DNA of 64,000 nucleotides, from IMG/VR virus record IMGVR_UViG_3300025387_000016, positions 5,544-69,543 of that record; one strand, given 5' to 3'. The stretch is from a virus (Duplodnaviria > Caudoviricetes). Of the stretch, positions 36,593-46,086 are shown in pieces (the stretch's first letter is position 1; every line of letters begins with the position of its first letter). The position numbers were made by a program, and so were the translations under genes. Below the pieces are notes generated by a model that was not told the DNA's origin, did no database searches, and was given only the letters and a program-made list of their open reading frames with translations.

Positions 36593-36811
36593 CTAGTCGC
36601 CCTCGTAAATTGAGCAGAAAGCCAAGAATCGTATGGCTTGCGACTCACTCCACCCGGCCTGAATCATCGTTTGTAGCGTGTGCCAAAGCCCGTGGAACGT
36701 TTCTACGGCATCAAGTTGCGAGTTTTCCAAATCAGCAAACCCACTTATGGGGTCGGTTGAACCCGTGATGTCTTTGTCGAACTCGTCGTCGTGCTGGTTT
36801 GGAAGGTCCAC
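36593..36811 (-). CDS. Hypothetical protein
   Basis: 72 aa, acidic N-terminus, AGWSESQAI pattern. Confidence 0.55.
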   Translation of the reverse strand: MDLPNQHDDEFDKDITGSTDPISGFADLENSQLDAVETFHGLWHTLQTMIQAGWSESQAIRFLAFCSIYEGD

Positions 36812-36864
36812 GTTTGGAAATGCTACAGCATCTAAAAGCGTGTTTGTGTTCTAATACAGGAAAA

Positions 36865-36919
36865 CCCCTAAGCCGAATCCACTACCTAAGGAGATAGAGA
36901 TATGGATTCGACTTAGGGG
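36865..36919 (-). terminator. Long hairpin (17-bp stem, one mismatch) with T-tract downstream of ssb
   Basis: CCCCTAAGCCGAATCCA-N21-TGGATTCGACTTAGGGG; minus strand is followed by TTTT. Confidence 0.6.
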
Positions 36920-36967
36920 CTGATTTGATTAGCGTTGCCGTGTGGCAATCACTATCAACTCTTTCGC

Positions 36968-37411
36968 CTAGAAGGGTTCTTCGTCAGTAAAAGAACTCTG
37001 AGCAGGTGCTTGGCGCGATGATGCGGGGACAGAACCACCCTCGCTCTTGTTGCCGACAGACTTCGTGACCTGCGCGGTGGCCCAACGCAGGTCGGGTCCA
37101 ATCGCCGTAGCACGGATACTGTAGGCGGTGCGCTTGACACCTTCCTTGTCTTCGTAGGCGCGTGAAGTCTGTGAGCCAGTCACGATAACGCGCTGACCCT
37201 TCACGAGCGAATCGGCAAGGTTTGTGGCGTGTGAGCCGATAACGGTGCAGTCAAAGTATGATGTTTCACCATCAACCCAGTTGCCATCGGCGTCCTTCTT
37301 ACGGCTACCGACTGCGACAGTAATGTTGCAGTAAGCATCTCCGCTATTGAAGAACTTTACTTCGGGGTCGGAGACAAGATTGCCTACGACCGTAATGGTT
37401 GTATCGGACAT
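36968..37411 (-). CDS. ssb: Single-stranded DNA-binding protein
   Basis: ITVVGNL..DPE..F; TSYFDC; LVKGQRVIVTG; IGPDLRWA; acidic tail DEEPF (actinobacterial type). Confidence 0.93.
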   Translation of the reverse strand: MSDTTITVVGNLVSDPEVKFFNSGDAYCNITVAVGSRKKDADGNWVDGETSYFDCTVIGSHATNLADSLVKGQRVIVTGSQTSRAYEDKEGVKRTAYSIRATAIGPDLRWATAQVTKSVGNKSEGGSVPASSRQAPAQSSFTDEEPF

Positions 37412-37456
37412 TGAAAGTCCTCTCTCTCTACTATTTACAGCATTTATGCTCGCAAC

Positions 37457-37693
37457 TCAAATAAGATTGCGAACGGCTCTAATTGTATCAAGTGAACGCT
37501 TTACTTGTCCAGCCCTTTGATAAGAAATCTCTCGGCGGATTTCGGATTTATCCATTCCGGTTATGTCTTCTATCCAATCAACGGCGTCATTCAGCATCGC
37601 TAAACGCATCGTATCAAGGTTGATAGCGGCGCGAAGCCCCTCTTCTAGTGCGATTACTTTTGTCTCTACTTCTGTGATTGGATTTGCTTCCAT
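37457..37693 (-). CDS. Hypothetical protein
   Basis: 78 aa ORF with GAGG RBS. Confidence 0.55.
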   Translation of the reverse strand: MEANPITEVETKVIALEEGLRAAINLDTMRLAMLNDAVDWIEDITGMDKSEIRREISYQRAGQVKRSLDTIRAVRNLI

Positions 37694-37758
37694 AGGGCTA
37701 CCTCTGCCCTACGATAACACGACCTAAAGCAAGAGGTGACTCAACTACAAGTAATCAA

Positions 37759-38109
37759 CTACACGATATTGCGATGTGACGCAGCGAGGGTGCGTAGCCC
37801 GTCCATATTGGTCTTAGCGGCGGCCAAAGCCTCTCGTAGTGTGGAGAGATTGTTTCGAGCGAGCAAGGCCGCACGACGCAAATCAGCAGTGGCTACGACT
37901 GCCGTATCGTCAGTAGCCGGGGCGGTAATCTTCTTGCCCTCTTCGTTGGCGTTGTATCGGGCGAGTAATCGTTGTTGAGCGAACGCCGTTTCGTAGTCGG
38001 CTTCAGCAATCGCAGCGTCGTGACCTGCCGCGCGAATCTCGTCGGTCAACGTTTCAATATGGTCTTCCAACTTCTCGATTCGCTCTTGGATTTCACCTTG
38101 CGATAGCAT
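37759..38109 (-). CDS. Coiled-coil hypothetical protein
   Basis: 116 aa, AAAGGAG RBS. Confidence 0.65.
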   Translation of the reverse strand: MLSQGEIQERIEKLEDHIETLTDEIRAAGHDAAIAEADYETAFAQQRLLARYNANEEGKKITAPATDDTAVVATADLRRAALLARNNLSTLREALAAAKTNMDGLRTLAASHRNIV

Positions 38110-38128
38110 CGCATCTCCTTTGATATGA

Positions 38129-38167
38129 CAGAACTCCTAGAGGACACTCTAGCCTCTAGGAGTTCTG
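38129..38167. repeat. Perfect 15-bp inverted repeat, intergenic
   Basis: CAGAACTCCTAGAGG-acactctag-CCTCTAGGAGTTCTG; no T-tract. Confidence 0.85.
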
Positions 38168-38175
38168 AACACAAG

Positions 38176-38379
38176 TTAGTTTGTGACTATTTGCTCGCCA
38201 CACACGGGGGAGTTACAACGGAGTGGCCGCCCATAGATTGCCTCGTTTGCTTTCAGCAAATCAAGGTCAACGGGTAGGAGCTCGTCTTCGGGCGCACGGT
38301 TGTTCGGGTCGGTCAAACCGAATCGGTCTACACACGCTAGGCAAAGAAGAATCCCATTATTTGTGTATGCGACTGTCAT
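38176..38379 (-). CDS. Small Cys-containing hypothetical protein
   Basis: CLAC ... CNSPVC. Confidence 0.55.
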   Translation of the reverse strand: MTVAYTNNGILLCLACVDRFGLTDPNNRAPEDELLPVDLDLLKANEAIYGRPLRCNSPVCGEQIVTN

Positions 38380-38639
38380 AGTGGCACAACCTTAGCCGTT
38401 GCGAAGCCGTTGGCGTTGATTTCACCAAACGCCCCGTCACGCTTGTAGCCCCAACTGCCGAGTTTGTTATCAACGTTGACGAAGGCATCGTTCCAATCGC
38501 CTGCGGCCACAGTTGACTTCTCCGAAAACGGACCCGAGATGCCACCCTCAACGTCACGGATAAGCAACATCTCATACATCAACTTGAGGCCAACCATCTT
38601 GGGGGTGATAGCAATCTTGTAGGTAGCGTTGGGGGTCAT
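38376..38639 (-). CDS. Hypothetical protein
   Basis: Start MTPNATY at ATG 38639 (TAATG coupling). Confidence 0.55.
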   Translation of the reverse strand: MTPNATYKIAITPKMVGLKLMYEMLLIRDVEGGISGPFSEKSTVAAGDWNDAFVNVDNKLGSWGYKRDGAFGEINANGFATAKVVPL

Positions 38640-39325
38640 TACAGCACCCCCAAACGCTTTGCGCAGATTGGGCCAAGACCCCGACGAACCGACTGTCCGA
38701 CAGTCAAGGTCTTGAGGCAAGCGAGGCAGTTGCCCGAAGCGAAAGCGTGGGCTTCCGAGAGTTCGAGGAACTTCTCACGAGCCGTATCCACGCCACCCGT
38801 CAAGAGGAACTGCAAGGCGGCAATCGTCTTCTCCGAGACACTCACCGTGCTGAACTTCTTTACGCCCTTGTCGGTGAGGCTCCCGAACTTCTTGTAGGAC
38901 AACTCGTTATCGGGACCCACGAGCAAGGCAACGACCAACTGACCCTGACGATACTTGTCGGCGGTGAACTTGAGCGTGGTGTGCTTTCCGTCGCCGTGTT
39001 CCACAGTGTAGATACCGACAGGAATCTGCGTAGTGGGAACGGTGTTGGGAATCAAGTTGCGGTCAACGTAGACGTAGGGCTTCGGGGCAACGGGCGTTGG
39101 AATCGCCGGGGCTGGCTGCTGAATCGCTACGGGGGGAGTGGCTGGGCGACCCGAACCAATCTTCCGTGGCTGCTTGAGCAACGTTCCGATGATTGTGCTT
39201 GCCTCGGCACGAGTGAGCAGGTCAATCGTGAGGTTTCGCAGGTTGGCCGGCGCAACTCGTGAGTTGAGCAGGTCGTTGATGTAGGCAATCTGCTTCTCAG
39301 TTGCCTTCAGCACTTCTGTAGTCAT
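38639..39325 (-). CDS. DUF6011-like Zn-finger protein
   Basis: N-terminal ATEKQIAYI..L; C-terminal CLAC.KTLT...S..RGLGPICA. Confidence 0.7.
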   Translation of the reverse strand: MTTEVLKATEKQIAYINDLLNSRVAPANLRNLTIDLLTRAEASTIIGTLLKQPRKIGSGRPATPPVAIQQPAPAIPTPVAPKPYVYVDRNLIPNTVPTTQIPVGIYTVEHGDGKHTTLKFTADKYRQGQLVVALLVGPDNELSYKKFGSLTDKGVKKFSTVSVSEKTIAALQFLLTGGVDTAREKFLELSEAHAFASGNCLACLKTLTVGQSVRRGLGPICAKRLGVL

Positions 39326-39357
39326 CGTTTCTCCTTTGTTTGATTTCTACATAAATA

Positions 39358-39470
39358 ACTATAGTGGGGTTCTGTGACATAAGCAAGGATAGTTTGGAAA
39401 AACTTTCTAAACCCTTTATTTGTATGGTGATTTACAAATACTTGACAGGGCTATAGTTCCAAACTATATT
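39358..39470. promoter_or_regulatory. Divergent promoter pair
   Basis: Minus: TTGCTT-N17-TATAGT (39358-39386). Plus: TTGACA-N17-TATATT (39442-39470). Confidence 0.75.
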
Positions 39471-39511
39471 TAGTTATGTAAGGAACTACATAACAAACAA
39501 GGAGACAAGAA

Positions 39512-39745
39512 GTGTCGGAGAACAAGGAATACATAAACAAGGAGTTCGGCGGATTGGTCGGTGCGACAATCACCAACGTTCGCCCGCTCACCCCCGCCGA
39601 GTTGGAGATGTATGGCTGGGACGACTCTTACGGAAGCGTTCCGTTCGTAATCTTCCTCGACAACGGCAAGGCACTCGTGCCTAGTTCCGACGAGGAGGGC
39701 AACGACGCAGGGTTTATCTTCGTAGAGGACTTCGCTACGAAGTAG
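39512..39745 (+). CDS. Hypothetical protein
   Basis: 77 aa, AAGGAG RBS; LVPSSDEEGNDAG pattern. Confidence 0.7.
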   Translation: MSENKEYINKEFGGLVGATITNVRPLTPAELEMYGWDDSYGSVPFVIFLDNGKALVPSSDEEGNDAGFIFVEDFATK

Positions 39746-39765
39746 CCAAAGCGAATCACCACTTA

Positions 39766-39800
39766 GCCCACCTGAGAAATCGGGTGGGCTTTGTTATTTT
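39766..39800 (+). terminator. Terminator between convergent genes
   Basis: AGCCCACC-TGAGAAATCG-GGTGGGCT then TTGTTATTTTT. Confidence 0.75.
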
Positions 39801-40207
39801 TAGTGGCGAGTTTCCTCGTCTAGTTCGTGGTGCATCTCAATCTCGTCTTCGAGCTCGTCAAGTGCTCGGTGGGCTAGCGCCAGCGCCGCTTCCGTTTCAG
39901 CAAGGCGTTCTTTCGTGGCAACGTCATCGTGGTCGGTCACAAACTTCTTGCCAATCGTCACGCCTACCCACGCGCCCAAAAAGTTTCCGGCGACGAGGGC
40001 AACCAACTCAACAATAGTGTTCGTTGTGTCGTGTCCATTCAGAGTGTTTACGGAATACTTGGCGGCCACAATCCAAAACAAAGCGTAGAGTGCCTCAAAT
40101 ACGCCACTCATAACAGCACGATTACGGCTCTCGGCCTGAACCATCAACGTCGAGGCGATATTGGAAACGAGGAAGCAAGCCAGCGTGAGAAGTGCGACAA
40201 TAATCAT
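39800..40207 (-). CDS. Three-TM membrane protein (holin candidate)
   Basis: Three hydrophobic segments plus charged C-terminal tail; last gene of the lysis cassette. Confidence 0.55.
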   Translation of the reverse strand: MIIVALLTLACFLVSNIASTLMVQAESRNRAVMSGVFEALYALFWIVAAKYSVNTLNGHDTTNTIVELVALVAGNFLGAWVGVTIGKKFVTDHDDVATKERLAETEAALALAHRALDELEDEIEMHHELDEETRH

Positions 40208-40659
40208 TAGATAATCAAGCCCCGGACATACTTCAACCCCTCAAAGTCACTAGCGGAAGCGACGTGCGCGCCGCCGTGACCTCGATGATGGAACTGACAA
40301 AGGACCATTAGGTTGTCAGCACTCTCCACCCACGCGCCCAACTTGTCTGGGTCGGAGATTCCGGGGTAGTCCTTTTCTAGCCACGCCAACTCAATGCCGT
40401 TCTGTAGCGAGAACTCAACGTGGGCGTGGTGAAGTTCCAACGGATGCACGAGGTCGCACTCCGAGAAATCGCCCCGATGCTTTCCAATAAAGCACTGCCA
40501 CTTGTCTGGGTCTTTTTTCCAAGCGGTGTGAATATGGTTGAAGTCAATATAGTGAGGGTCGTTTTCGCGCGCTGGGTGTTCGGGGAAGCGAACTGTGTAG
40601 TTGTGCGTAACTTTGGAAACGTGGGCCTCTACGGCCTTGTCTTCGTCACTCATCAGCAA
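40207..40659 (-). CDS. HNH-like protein
   Basis: LELHH...NLMVLCQFHH.G..H. Confidence 0.55.
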   Translation of the reverse strand: MLMSDEDKAVEAHVSKVTHNYTVRFPEHPARENDPHYIDFNHIHTAWKKDPDKWQCFIGKHRGDFSECDLVHPLELHHAHVEFSLQNGIELAWLEKDYPGISDPDKLGAWVESADNLMVLCQFHHRGHGGAHVASASDFEGLKYVRGLII

Positions 40660-40957
40660 CCTTCTTACGACGCTTGGGCTTGAGTTGCTCTACTTCGGCA
40701 ACTGAGGTTCGGTCAATGTGTGCTTCTAGGCGTATCGTGGTTTCCTCTACGTCTTGGCGCGTCTGGTGAATCTCTTTCTTGAGTTCACGCAGGTCTTCCT
40801 TTAGTTCGTCTTTCATAGCCAGCGTGGTCGCATCATTCTGCTTCGTTCCACGAGTCGACTTCCAGATATTGAGGGAAGTCGAAACTATTGACAACACAAC
40901 AAGTAGCGCCTGCCAAGTGGCGTATGTGGTTAGTGAGATAGTGACTGAAGCAATCAT
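40646..40957 (-). CDS. Single-TM plus coiled-coil protein (holin-like)
   Basis: N-terminal TM then coiled coil and basic tail; directly after the endolysin. Confidence 0.55.
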   Translation of the reverse strand: MIASVTISLTTYATWQALLVVLSIVSTSLNIWKSTRGTKQNDATTLAMKDELKEDLRELKKEIHQTRQDVEETTIRLEAHIDRTSVAEVEQLKPKRRKKVADE

Positions 40958-42045
40958 TAGAACCCCTTGATATGGAACGAGTGAAGAAGTGTGTAGAGGC
41001 TTTTCATCGCCTTGTATGTGACCAACGTATACCCGTGTGCGATATAGAAGTTACTTGCAGTTTGCGTTTCAGCAGCCCACTCGCCGTCGGCCTTTACGCC
41101 AATAACTGTTTGCCACTTCTCAAGGGCGGTCTTTGTTGCCGACCCGAATACGCCGTTCGCCTCGCTTTTGGCAAGGAGTTTGTGCGCCACGAGAATCTTT
41201 TGGATTGCTACGACTTTCGCACCATACGAGTCGGTCGTGTAAAGCGGAACGGGAACCTTCGTCACTCCCTTTGTGGGCATCACCACTCCCGCACCAGTCC
41301 ACCGAGAAAACCACGATTCAATAGCAACCTCAATATCCGTGTTGTTCTTCGTTCCGGCGGGTTTAGCAACGCTCGTGTATTGCCACAGTGTCCAGCCAGC
41401 ATTATCCCACGAAGCGGGCAACTTTGGAAGAGGCAACGAGCAGACGTTTCTTACTCGTGAGTAGCCATTTGGGTAAGCAGGAAGCCATAGGTTCCAACCG
41501 GCAAACGCCAACGTCGAACTCCACGATTGTTCAGCACCCGTGTAGATGATTGGTGTGCGCCCCGTGAGATGACGAACTTGGTCAAGCCACGCAATCGTCC
41601 ACTTGATTGTCTTTATTGGCGAAGCCCCGGCTACTTCAAGGTCAAGGGCGGGTGGCAACTGACCACTTGCCCCGCCGTGCTTTACAAAGTAATTAGCACT
41701 AACGATTGGGTCGACGTTGAGGGGATTGGCAAAGTAGTAGTAGCCATAAGGCAAGCCAGCACTCGTCGCACCTTTGGCATCAGACTTGGCGTATGGGTTG
41801 ACATACCAGTTGCCCTCGGAGTTCTTGATATAGACCCCGGCGATACCAGCGTTAGAAAGTTGTGTCCAGCCGAGCGGGTGAACGTTGTTTGAGGATACGT
41901 CAATGATTTGGACCCACGGAACGGTGCTGCAAGCCTTGACTTTTCCAAACTTTGTGGTTGTTGCCCCGCAAGCCGAAACTAACGAAACGGTCAGCAGAAT
42001 AGCCGTGAAGATAGAAGCGATTAGGTTCCGGGTGGTGTGCGCCAT
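40957..42045 (-). CDS. Endolysin: GH25 muramidase + peptidoglycan-binding domain, with signal peptide
   Basis: IIDVSS, YIKNSEG, GYYYF, PALDLE, PIIYT, LWQYTS; G..V..IQ..L...G.FG..T..AL..WQ...G..ADG. Confidence 0.88.
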   Translation of the reverse strand: MAHTTRNLIASIFTAILLTVSLVSACGATTTKFGKVKACSTVPWVQIIDVSSNNVHPLGWTQLSNAGIAGVYIKNSEGNWYVNPYAKSDAKGATSAGLPYGYYYFANPLNVDPIVSANYFVKHGGASGQLPPALDLEVAGASPIKTIKWTIAWLDQVRHLTGRTPIIYTGAEQSWSSTLAFAGWNLWLPAYPNGYSRVRNVCSLPLPKLPASWDNAGWTLWQYTSVAKPAGTKNNTDIEVAIESWFSRWTGAGVVMPTKGVTKVPVPLYTTDSYGAKVVAIQKILVAHKLLAKSEANGVFGSATKTALEKWQTVIGVKADGEWAAETQTASNFYIAHGYTLVTYKAMKSLYTLLHSFHIKGF

Positions 42046-42077
42046 ACCTCAAAAATACAATAAGGTTTGGAAAAACT

Positions 42078-42518
42078 CTATCGTTCTTGTTTGTGCCTAA
42101 TTATTGAAACGGCATACTTTCGACGTTGATAGATTCGATACTTAGTTCGGCAACCTACACAGGGTATTTCACCACGGTCAAGATGTGCCACAAATCCTTC
42201 TGCGGACGGACCCTCTCCGAGCTCGCAACTCGGAATCTCTTTTACAAAGTTCGTCGGTTTCTTCCGAAACGCTCTCTTTAGCCCACGAGCAATAATGACG
42301 CGCGCTCGGTCTTGGCGTGATAGCCCGCCCCAATAGCCAAAGATTTCATCATTGTCTATGGCGTATTCAGCACACTTACTTGCGCATACGCACTGGTCGC
42401 ACTTCTCAAGAAGATGTATCGGCGGCGTGATATTTCTTTCAGGGAAAAACTCTTGGGTTGATGCGCCCTTACAGTTGCGTTCTTCTGGCCAAGAAACAAA
42501 CACGATACTTTGCGACAC
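42078..42518 (-). CDS. whiB: WhiB family transcription factor (copy 2) with extra C-terminal Cys/His domain
   Basis: W....C.G.....FFPE...C..C.....C.EYA.....GYWGGLS...R; C-terminal H..RGE.PC..CR. Confidence 0.85.
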   Translation of the reverse strand: MSQSIVFVSWPEERNCKGASTQEFFPERNITPPIHLLEKCDQCVCASKCAEYAIDNDEIFGYWGGLSRQDRARVIIARGLKRAFRKKPTNFVKEIPSCELGEGPSAEGFVAHLDRGEIPCVGCRTKYRIYQRRKYAVSIIRHKQER

Positions 42519-42785
42519 TTATTTCACTCCGTAGTTCCGTCCTAGTAAGCACCTTACTTTATGTAGGCCGGTTCGTTGTGTATCCTGCCAATCACCACTA
42601 GGCGTGATATCTAGTTCGTCAAGGACAGCCTCTAAATCATCTTCTCGTAGAGGTATGTTGCCAAGTGGGGTTATCTTGCCGACAATCTTGCTATTGAAAC
42701 GCTCAACGAGATAGCCGTCGGCAACCCCGGTCTTTAGTGAATCAGCGTGAAGTCGGCGGTATATGTTGCGCCGTATTGGGTTCAT
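42519..42785 (-). CDS. Hypothetical protein
   Basis: 88 aa, TAATG coupling. Confidence 0.55.
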   Translation of the reverse strand: MNPIRRNIYRRLHADSLKTGVADGYLVERFNSKIVGKITPLGNIPLREDDLEAVLDELDITPSGDWQDTQRTGLHKVRCLLGRNYGVK

Positions 42786-43039
42786 TATGCTTTGGCGTAG
42801 TGCGCAACGAGGAACTCGACTTCATCAACCCACGGGGAGATGATGACTATGTTGTGCCTGCTGAAGAGATAATCTTCGACGTTGGAAAAGAACTTTGGTT
42901 CCATAAGACCGCCGTTTGGCGTATTCCACAAGTGATTCATCTGCGAAACGATTTGGTCGCTACGCCCTACATAAAGTTTCCACGGGTCGGGATTGGGCGG
43001 TGTGCTGATAACAACGATATTGTCGTCGGGGTAGTTCAT
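42785..43039 (-). CDS. Hypothetical protein
   Basis: 84 aa, AAAGGAG RBS. Confidence 0.6.
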   Translation of the reverse strand: MNYPDDNIVVISTPPNPDPWKLYVGRSDQIVSQMNHLWNTPNGGLMEPKFFSNVEDYLFSRHNIVIISPWVDEVEFLVAHYAKA

Positions 43040-43205
43040 TGTTCTCCTTTGTTGGCCGAAACCCTAGTTTCTAGTCGCCGTAGTTGTCAAATGAGGCGAG
43101 CCAGCCGAAAAAAGCCGTTAGCGCAATTAGTCCTACGATAATCATTTCTCTCCTTTGGTCATATCAAGGGTATGTTGTCGCTAAACCATAGTCAAGCATC
43201 TATCC

Positions 43206-43234
43206 TTGATTTTTATATCAGCACATACTAAACT
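43206..43234 (+). promoter_or_regulatory. Leaderless promoter for the GGCT gene
   Basis: TTGATT-N17-TAAACT with ATG 6 nt downstream; back-to-back with a leftward TTGACT-N17-TACCCT. Confidence 0.65.
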
Positions 43235-43240
43235 AGGGTT

Positions 43241-43675
43241 ATGACAATAAACAACGAACCTAAAGCCCCGGTGCTTCCCGACACGATTCTTTTCGTGGCA
43301 TACGGAACGCTTCGTAAGGGCGAGGCATTACACAATTGGATTGAGGATTCAATCGTTCAAGACTTGGGCGAGGTGTTTATCAAGGGGGCAAAGTTGTATT
43401 ACCCCGACACACACAAACAATACCCAGTGCTTGTGTGGAGTGGCTCAATCGCAGACAAGGCAGTTGGCGAGTGCTACGAAATCAAGTTGAATGACCAAAC
43501 GATTTCGATGCTTGAAATGGAAATCGGTGCGGGATACACGCTCAACGAAACGAGTGTTGAAACGCCTAACGGCGACTTGCTGCAGGCAACTATCTGTGCG
43601 TGGACGCATCAGCACGGAAGCGAAGTTCCTAACAACGATTGGACCTGTGTAGAAAGAAAGGAGTGGTGGAAGTGA
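43241..43675 (+). CDS. Gamma-glutamylcyclotransferase (AIG2-like) protein
   Basis: LFVAYGTLRKG...YP.L...A.GE.Y...L..LE..Y signature. Confidence 0.85.
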   Translation: MTINNEPKAPVLPDTILFVAYGTLRKGEALHNWIEDSIVQDLGEVFIKGAKLYYPDTHKQYPVLVWSGSIADKAVGECYEIKLNDQTISMLEMEIGAGYTLNETSVETPNGDLLQATICAWTHQHGSEVPNNDWTCVERKEWWK

Positions 43676-44124
43676 GTAAGAAGATTGAGATTTCGTCGTT
43701 TATGGCGGAAGACGATTACAACTATTGCGTGAGGCAGTTCGGGATTACCGAGGACCACGCGCGAGGTATGAGAGACGAAGATTGGATGGCGTTCTTTGAT
43801 TGCACAAAGGCAGACTTGCCTTTTTACCTCTTAGACGAGTGGCGTTGGGAAGAGATGCTTAGCGACCCAGAGTTGGCCGACTTGTTTTCGGAAACGATTG
43901 AGGACCCGTTCGACTCTTACGAAGACGACTTCGCTGACTCGGAAATCTTTGATGAGGTCGTTAGTGATGACGAAGACTTGTGGACTTCTACGTTTTCTAA
44001 GTATTCGCCCGTGACCAAATCACCGTCACAGCCAGCGTGGTTGTCTCCACGTCCTACGGCTACTCGTGCAAACCCCAAGCCGAAGCCCAAAAAGATTCCG
44101 CACTACTTCGTAGTCGTTCGCTAG
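43672..44124 (+). CDS. Acidic hypothetical protein
   Basis: GTG 43672 overlaps the GGCT stop (GTGA). Confidence 0.6.
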   Translation: MSKKIEISSFMAEDDYNYCVRQFGITEDHARGMRDEDWMAFFDCTKADLPFYLLDEWRWEEMLSDPELADLFSETIEDPFDSYEDDFADSEIFDEVVSDDEDLWTSTFSKYSPVTKSPSQPAWLSPRPTATRANPKPKPKKIPHYFVVVR

Positions 44125-44411
44125 AGGTCTAGCGTTCGCTTCGGCGGAACATAGAGTTTGGCAACGTTCGTGGCCGCCTGTGCAGTGGTCACGGCGTTGT
44201 CATATTCCTCGTTAAGCCCTGCTGATAGTTGGGCAACAATCTCTTCGGCAGGCATCTTCGTCAAGCCGTTGATTACTTGGATAGCACGAGTGAGCATCGT
44301 TCGCTCAATCTCGTGAATCTTCATTACTTGCTCTAGGCCGACCTGAATAGCGGTTTCACCAAAGTCAACTTCAATCTTGATTTCTTCTTTTGGCTTGTTG
44401 TCTTCGGTCAC
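44121..44411 (-). CDS. Hypothetical protein
   Basis: 96 aa, in operon. Confidence 0.6.
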   Translation of the reverse strand: MTEDNKPKEEIKIEVDFGETAIQVGLEQVMKIHEIERTMLTRAIQVINGLTKMPAEEIVAQLSAGLNEEYDNAVTTAQAATNVAKLYVPPKRTLDL

Positions 44412-44719
44412 TCTAACTCTTTCTCTAACACTTCGTTGAAGCCTACTATTTCCCCGGCTAGGTCGTAGGAAGCGCGAAGCGAACTTACGAGTCGCTCGAT
44501 TTCAGCATTGAGCTCTTCGTCTACGCCGACTTCAATTCCCATTTCGTCAAGCGATTGGACTAGCCCAGAGAGGACGCCCTGCTGGATAACGCATAGTTGG
44601 ATAGCCGAGTTTAGCGCCTCGTCCTTAGCGATTTCTATCTGTGTCTCTTCGGAGAGGAAATCATCTTCGCTCTCTTTGTGAACAAAAAGCCGAGCAATAA
44701 AGTTCTTCAGCACAATCAT
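44408..44719 (-). CDS. Hypothetical acidic protein
   Basis: Likely start MIVLKNF overlapping the upstream stop; the longer ORF 44408-44875 in the track overlaps a TM gene. Confidence 0.5.
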   Translation of the reverse strand: MIVLKNFIARLFVHKESEDDFLSEETQIEIAKDEALNSAIQLCVIQQGVLSGLVQSLDEMGIEVGVDEELNAEIERLVSSLRASYDLAGEIVGFNEVLEKELE

Positions 44720-44958
44720 TTCGTTTTCCCCAACGCCCATAACGTAATCGCCATACCGACCCATACCAACCAGATTCCCCAAAACACGGAAGTTGCGAGG
44801 ACTGATAGGTAGACCAACATACCAAAGATGGCGAAAAAGATGAGGAATACGGACACAAAAAGCAGGCCGAGCCACGCCTTAGCGATTGCTTCTGATGGGC
44901 TCATTTCACCAAACGTGCTACGAGCCTCTCTAAGCCACTCTTTTGCGAACCTACGCAT
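44716..44958 (-). CDS. Two-TM membrane protein
   Basis: Long hydrophobic stretches. Confidence 0.55.
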   Translation of the reverse strand: MRRFAKEWLREARSTFGEMSPSEAIAKAWLGLLFVSVFLIFFAIFGMLVYLSVLATSVFWGIWLVWVGMAITLWALGKTK

Positions 44959-45169
44959 TACCCCCTGCCTTTCGTTTGTCTAGCAATAGGACAAGATTAG
45001 CCACCTCTTGTGCCTTTTTGTGTAGCAAGTGGACAGGTTCCCCAGCGCGCACCTTGTTGGCGAACTCTTTACCACTCATACCTAGTTTGATTTCGGCGTA
45101 TTGGTTAATACCAAACTCAATCTCTTCGTTGGAGAAGAGGTCTTGGAACTCTTTGTTGGGGTCGGTCAT
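44951..45169 (-). CDS. Hypothetical protein
   Basis: Likely start MTDPNKEF; the upstream extension overlaps another gene. Confidence 0.5.
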   Translation of the reverse strand: MTDPNKEFQDLFSNEEIEFGINQYAEIKLGMSGKEFANKVRAGEPVHLLHKKAQEVANLVLLLDKRKAGGNA

Positions 45170-45170
45170 T

Positions 45171-45386
45171 TCACCACGGGTTAAACGTTCGTCCACGATT
45201 GAGGCCCGTGATGATTCGGTTCGCCGTTTTCTCGGCGTTGTCGAAGTGTTTGCACAGGGCAAAAACGAGCCGCTCTTTGGGCGTGTAAAGGACGACTTCG
45301 TTGAGTTGCCCGGTCGCTTCTTCAATCCGAACTGTGTAGTCGCCTAGTTTCTGCTGAAACAGAACGTATCGCTTTTCGTCGAACAC
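45171..45386 (-). CDS. Hypothetical protein
   Basis: 71 aa. Confidence 0.55.
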   Translation of the reverse strand: MFDEKRYVLFQQKLGDYTVRIEEATGQLNEVVLYTPKERLVFALCKHFDNAEKTANRIITGLNRGRTFNPW

Positions 45387-45444
45387 TAACGATACTTTCG
45401 CCCGGCGAGCAACAACACGAAAAAGACAATAATAAAAACGCCCA

Positions 45445-45843
45445 TTACTTGAACGTTTCCCAACACATCTCTAGGATTTCGTCAATGCTTCCGCCGATAA
45501 GGTTCGTGCTCTCGTCGTCATCAGCAAAAAACGCCTCAAACCAACAATTCATATCAACGTCAACGAGTTGCTTGTCTAGCAACAAAAAGATTTCGTCATC
45601 GGTTTCTACCGAGATATCGGTTGCGTTTCGCCAAATCTCAACGTTCCCCGATTCGGGGTCTTTCACGTTCCAACGCATTTCACCAAGACAATAGATACTA
45701 AGTGTCGTGCCGTTGATTGTGTATTGACCAAGAATCATACTTCCACTTACGTCGCAATACCAAAGGTCGAGCGTTTGGTTGGCTGGGATTGTCACGGCTG
45801 GAACGAACTCGCCATCGACGCTTGATTTGTAGATTTTAGTCAT
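45445..45843 (-). CDS. Hypothetical protein
   Basis: 132 aa, acidic. Confidence 0.6.
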   Translation of the reverse strand: MTKIYKSSVDGEFVPAVTIPANQTLDLWYCDVSGSMILGQYTINGTTLSIYCLGEMRWNVKDPESGNVEIWRNATDISVETDDEIFLLLDKQLVDVDMNCWFEAFFADDDESTNLIGGSIDEILEMCWETFK

Positions 45844-46086
45844 TAGTGCGCGTGTAGGTTGTCAATAACTAAGAGCACGCTGTTCAGCACAAGGATAAGA
45901 AGGACAAAAGGGTGGACCCTCACTAGTTCTTCCCATCTCGGATAGCGGCCACGATACGCAGGGCCTCGGCAAAGCCTTGAGCAAAGCCGTTCTCAAACTC
46001 GGTCTGCTTGGCAAGCGCCAACTTCGTGTGGTGACGAGTTTCGTTTGAGAGTCGGAAATACGCCTCTTCTATTTTCTTACCCATAA

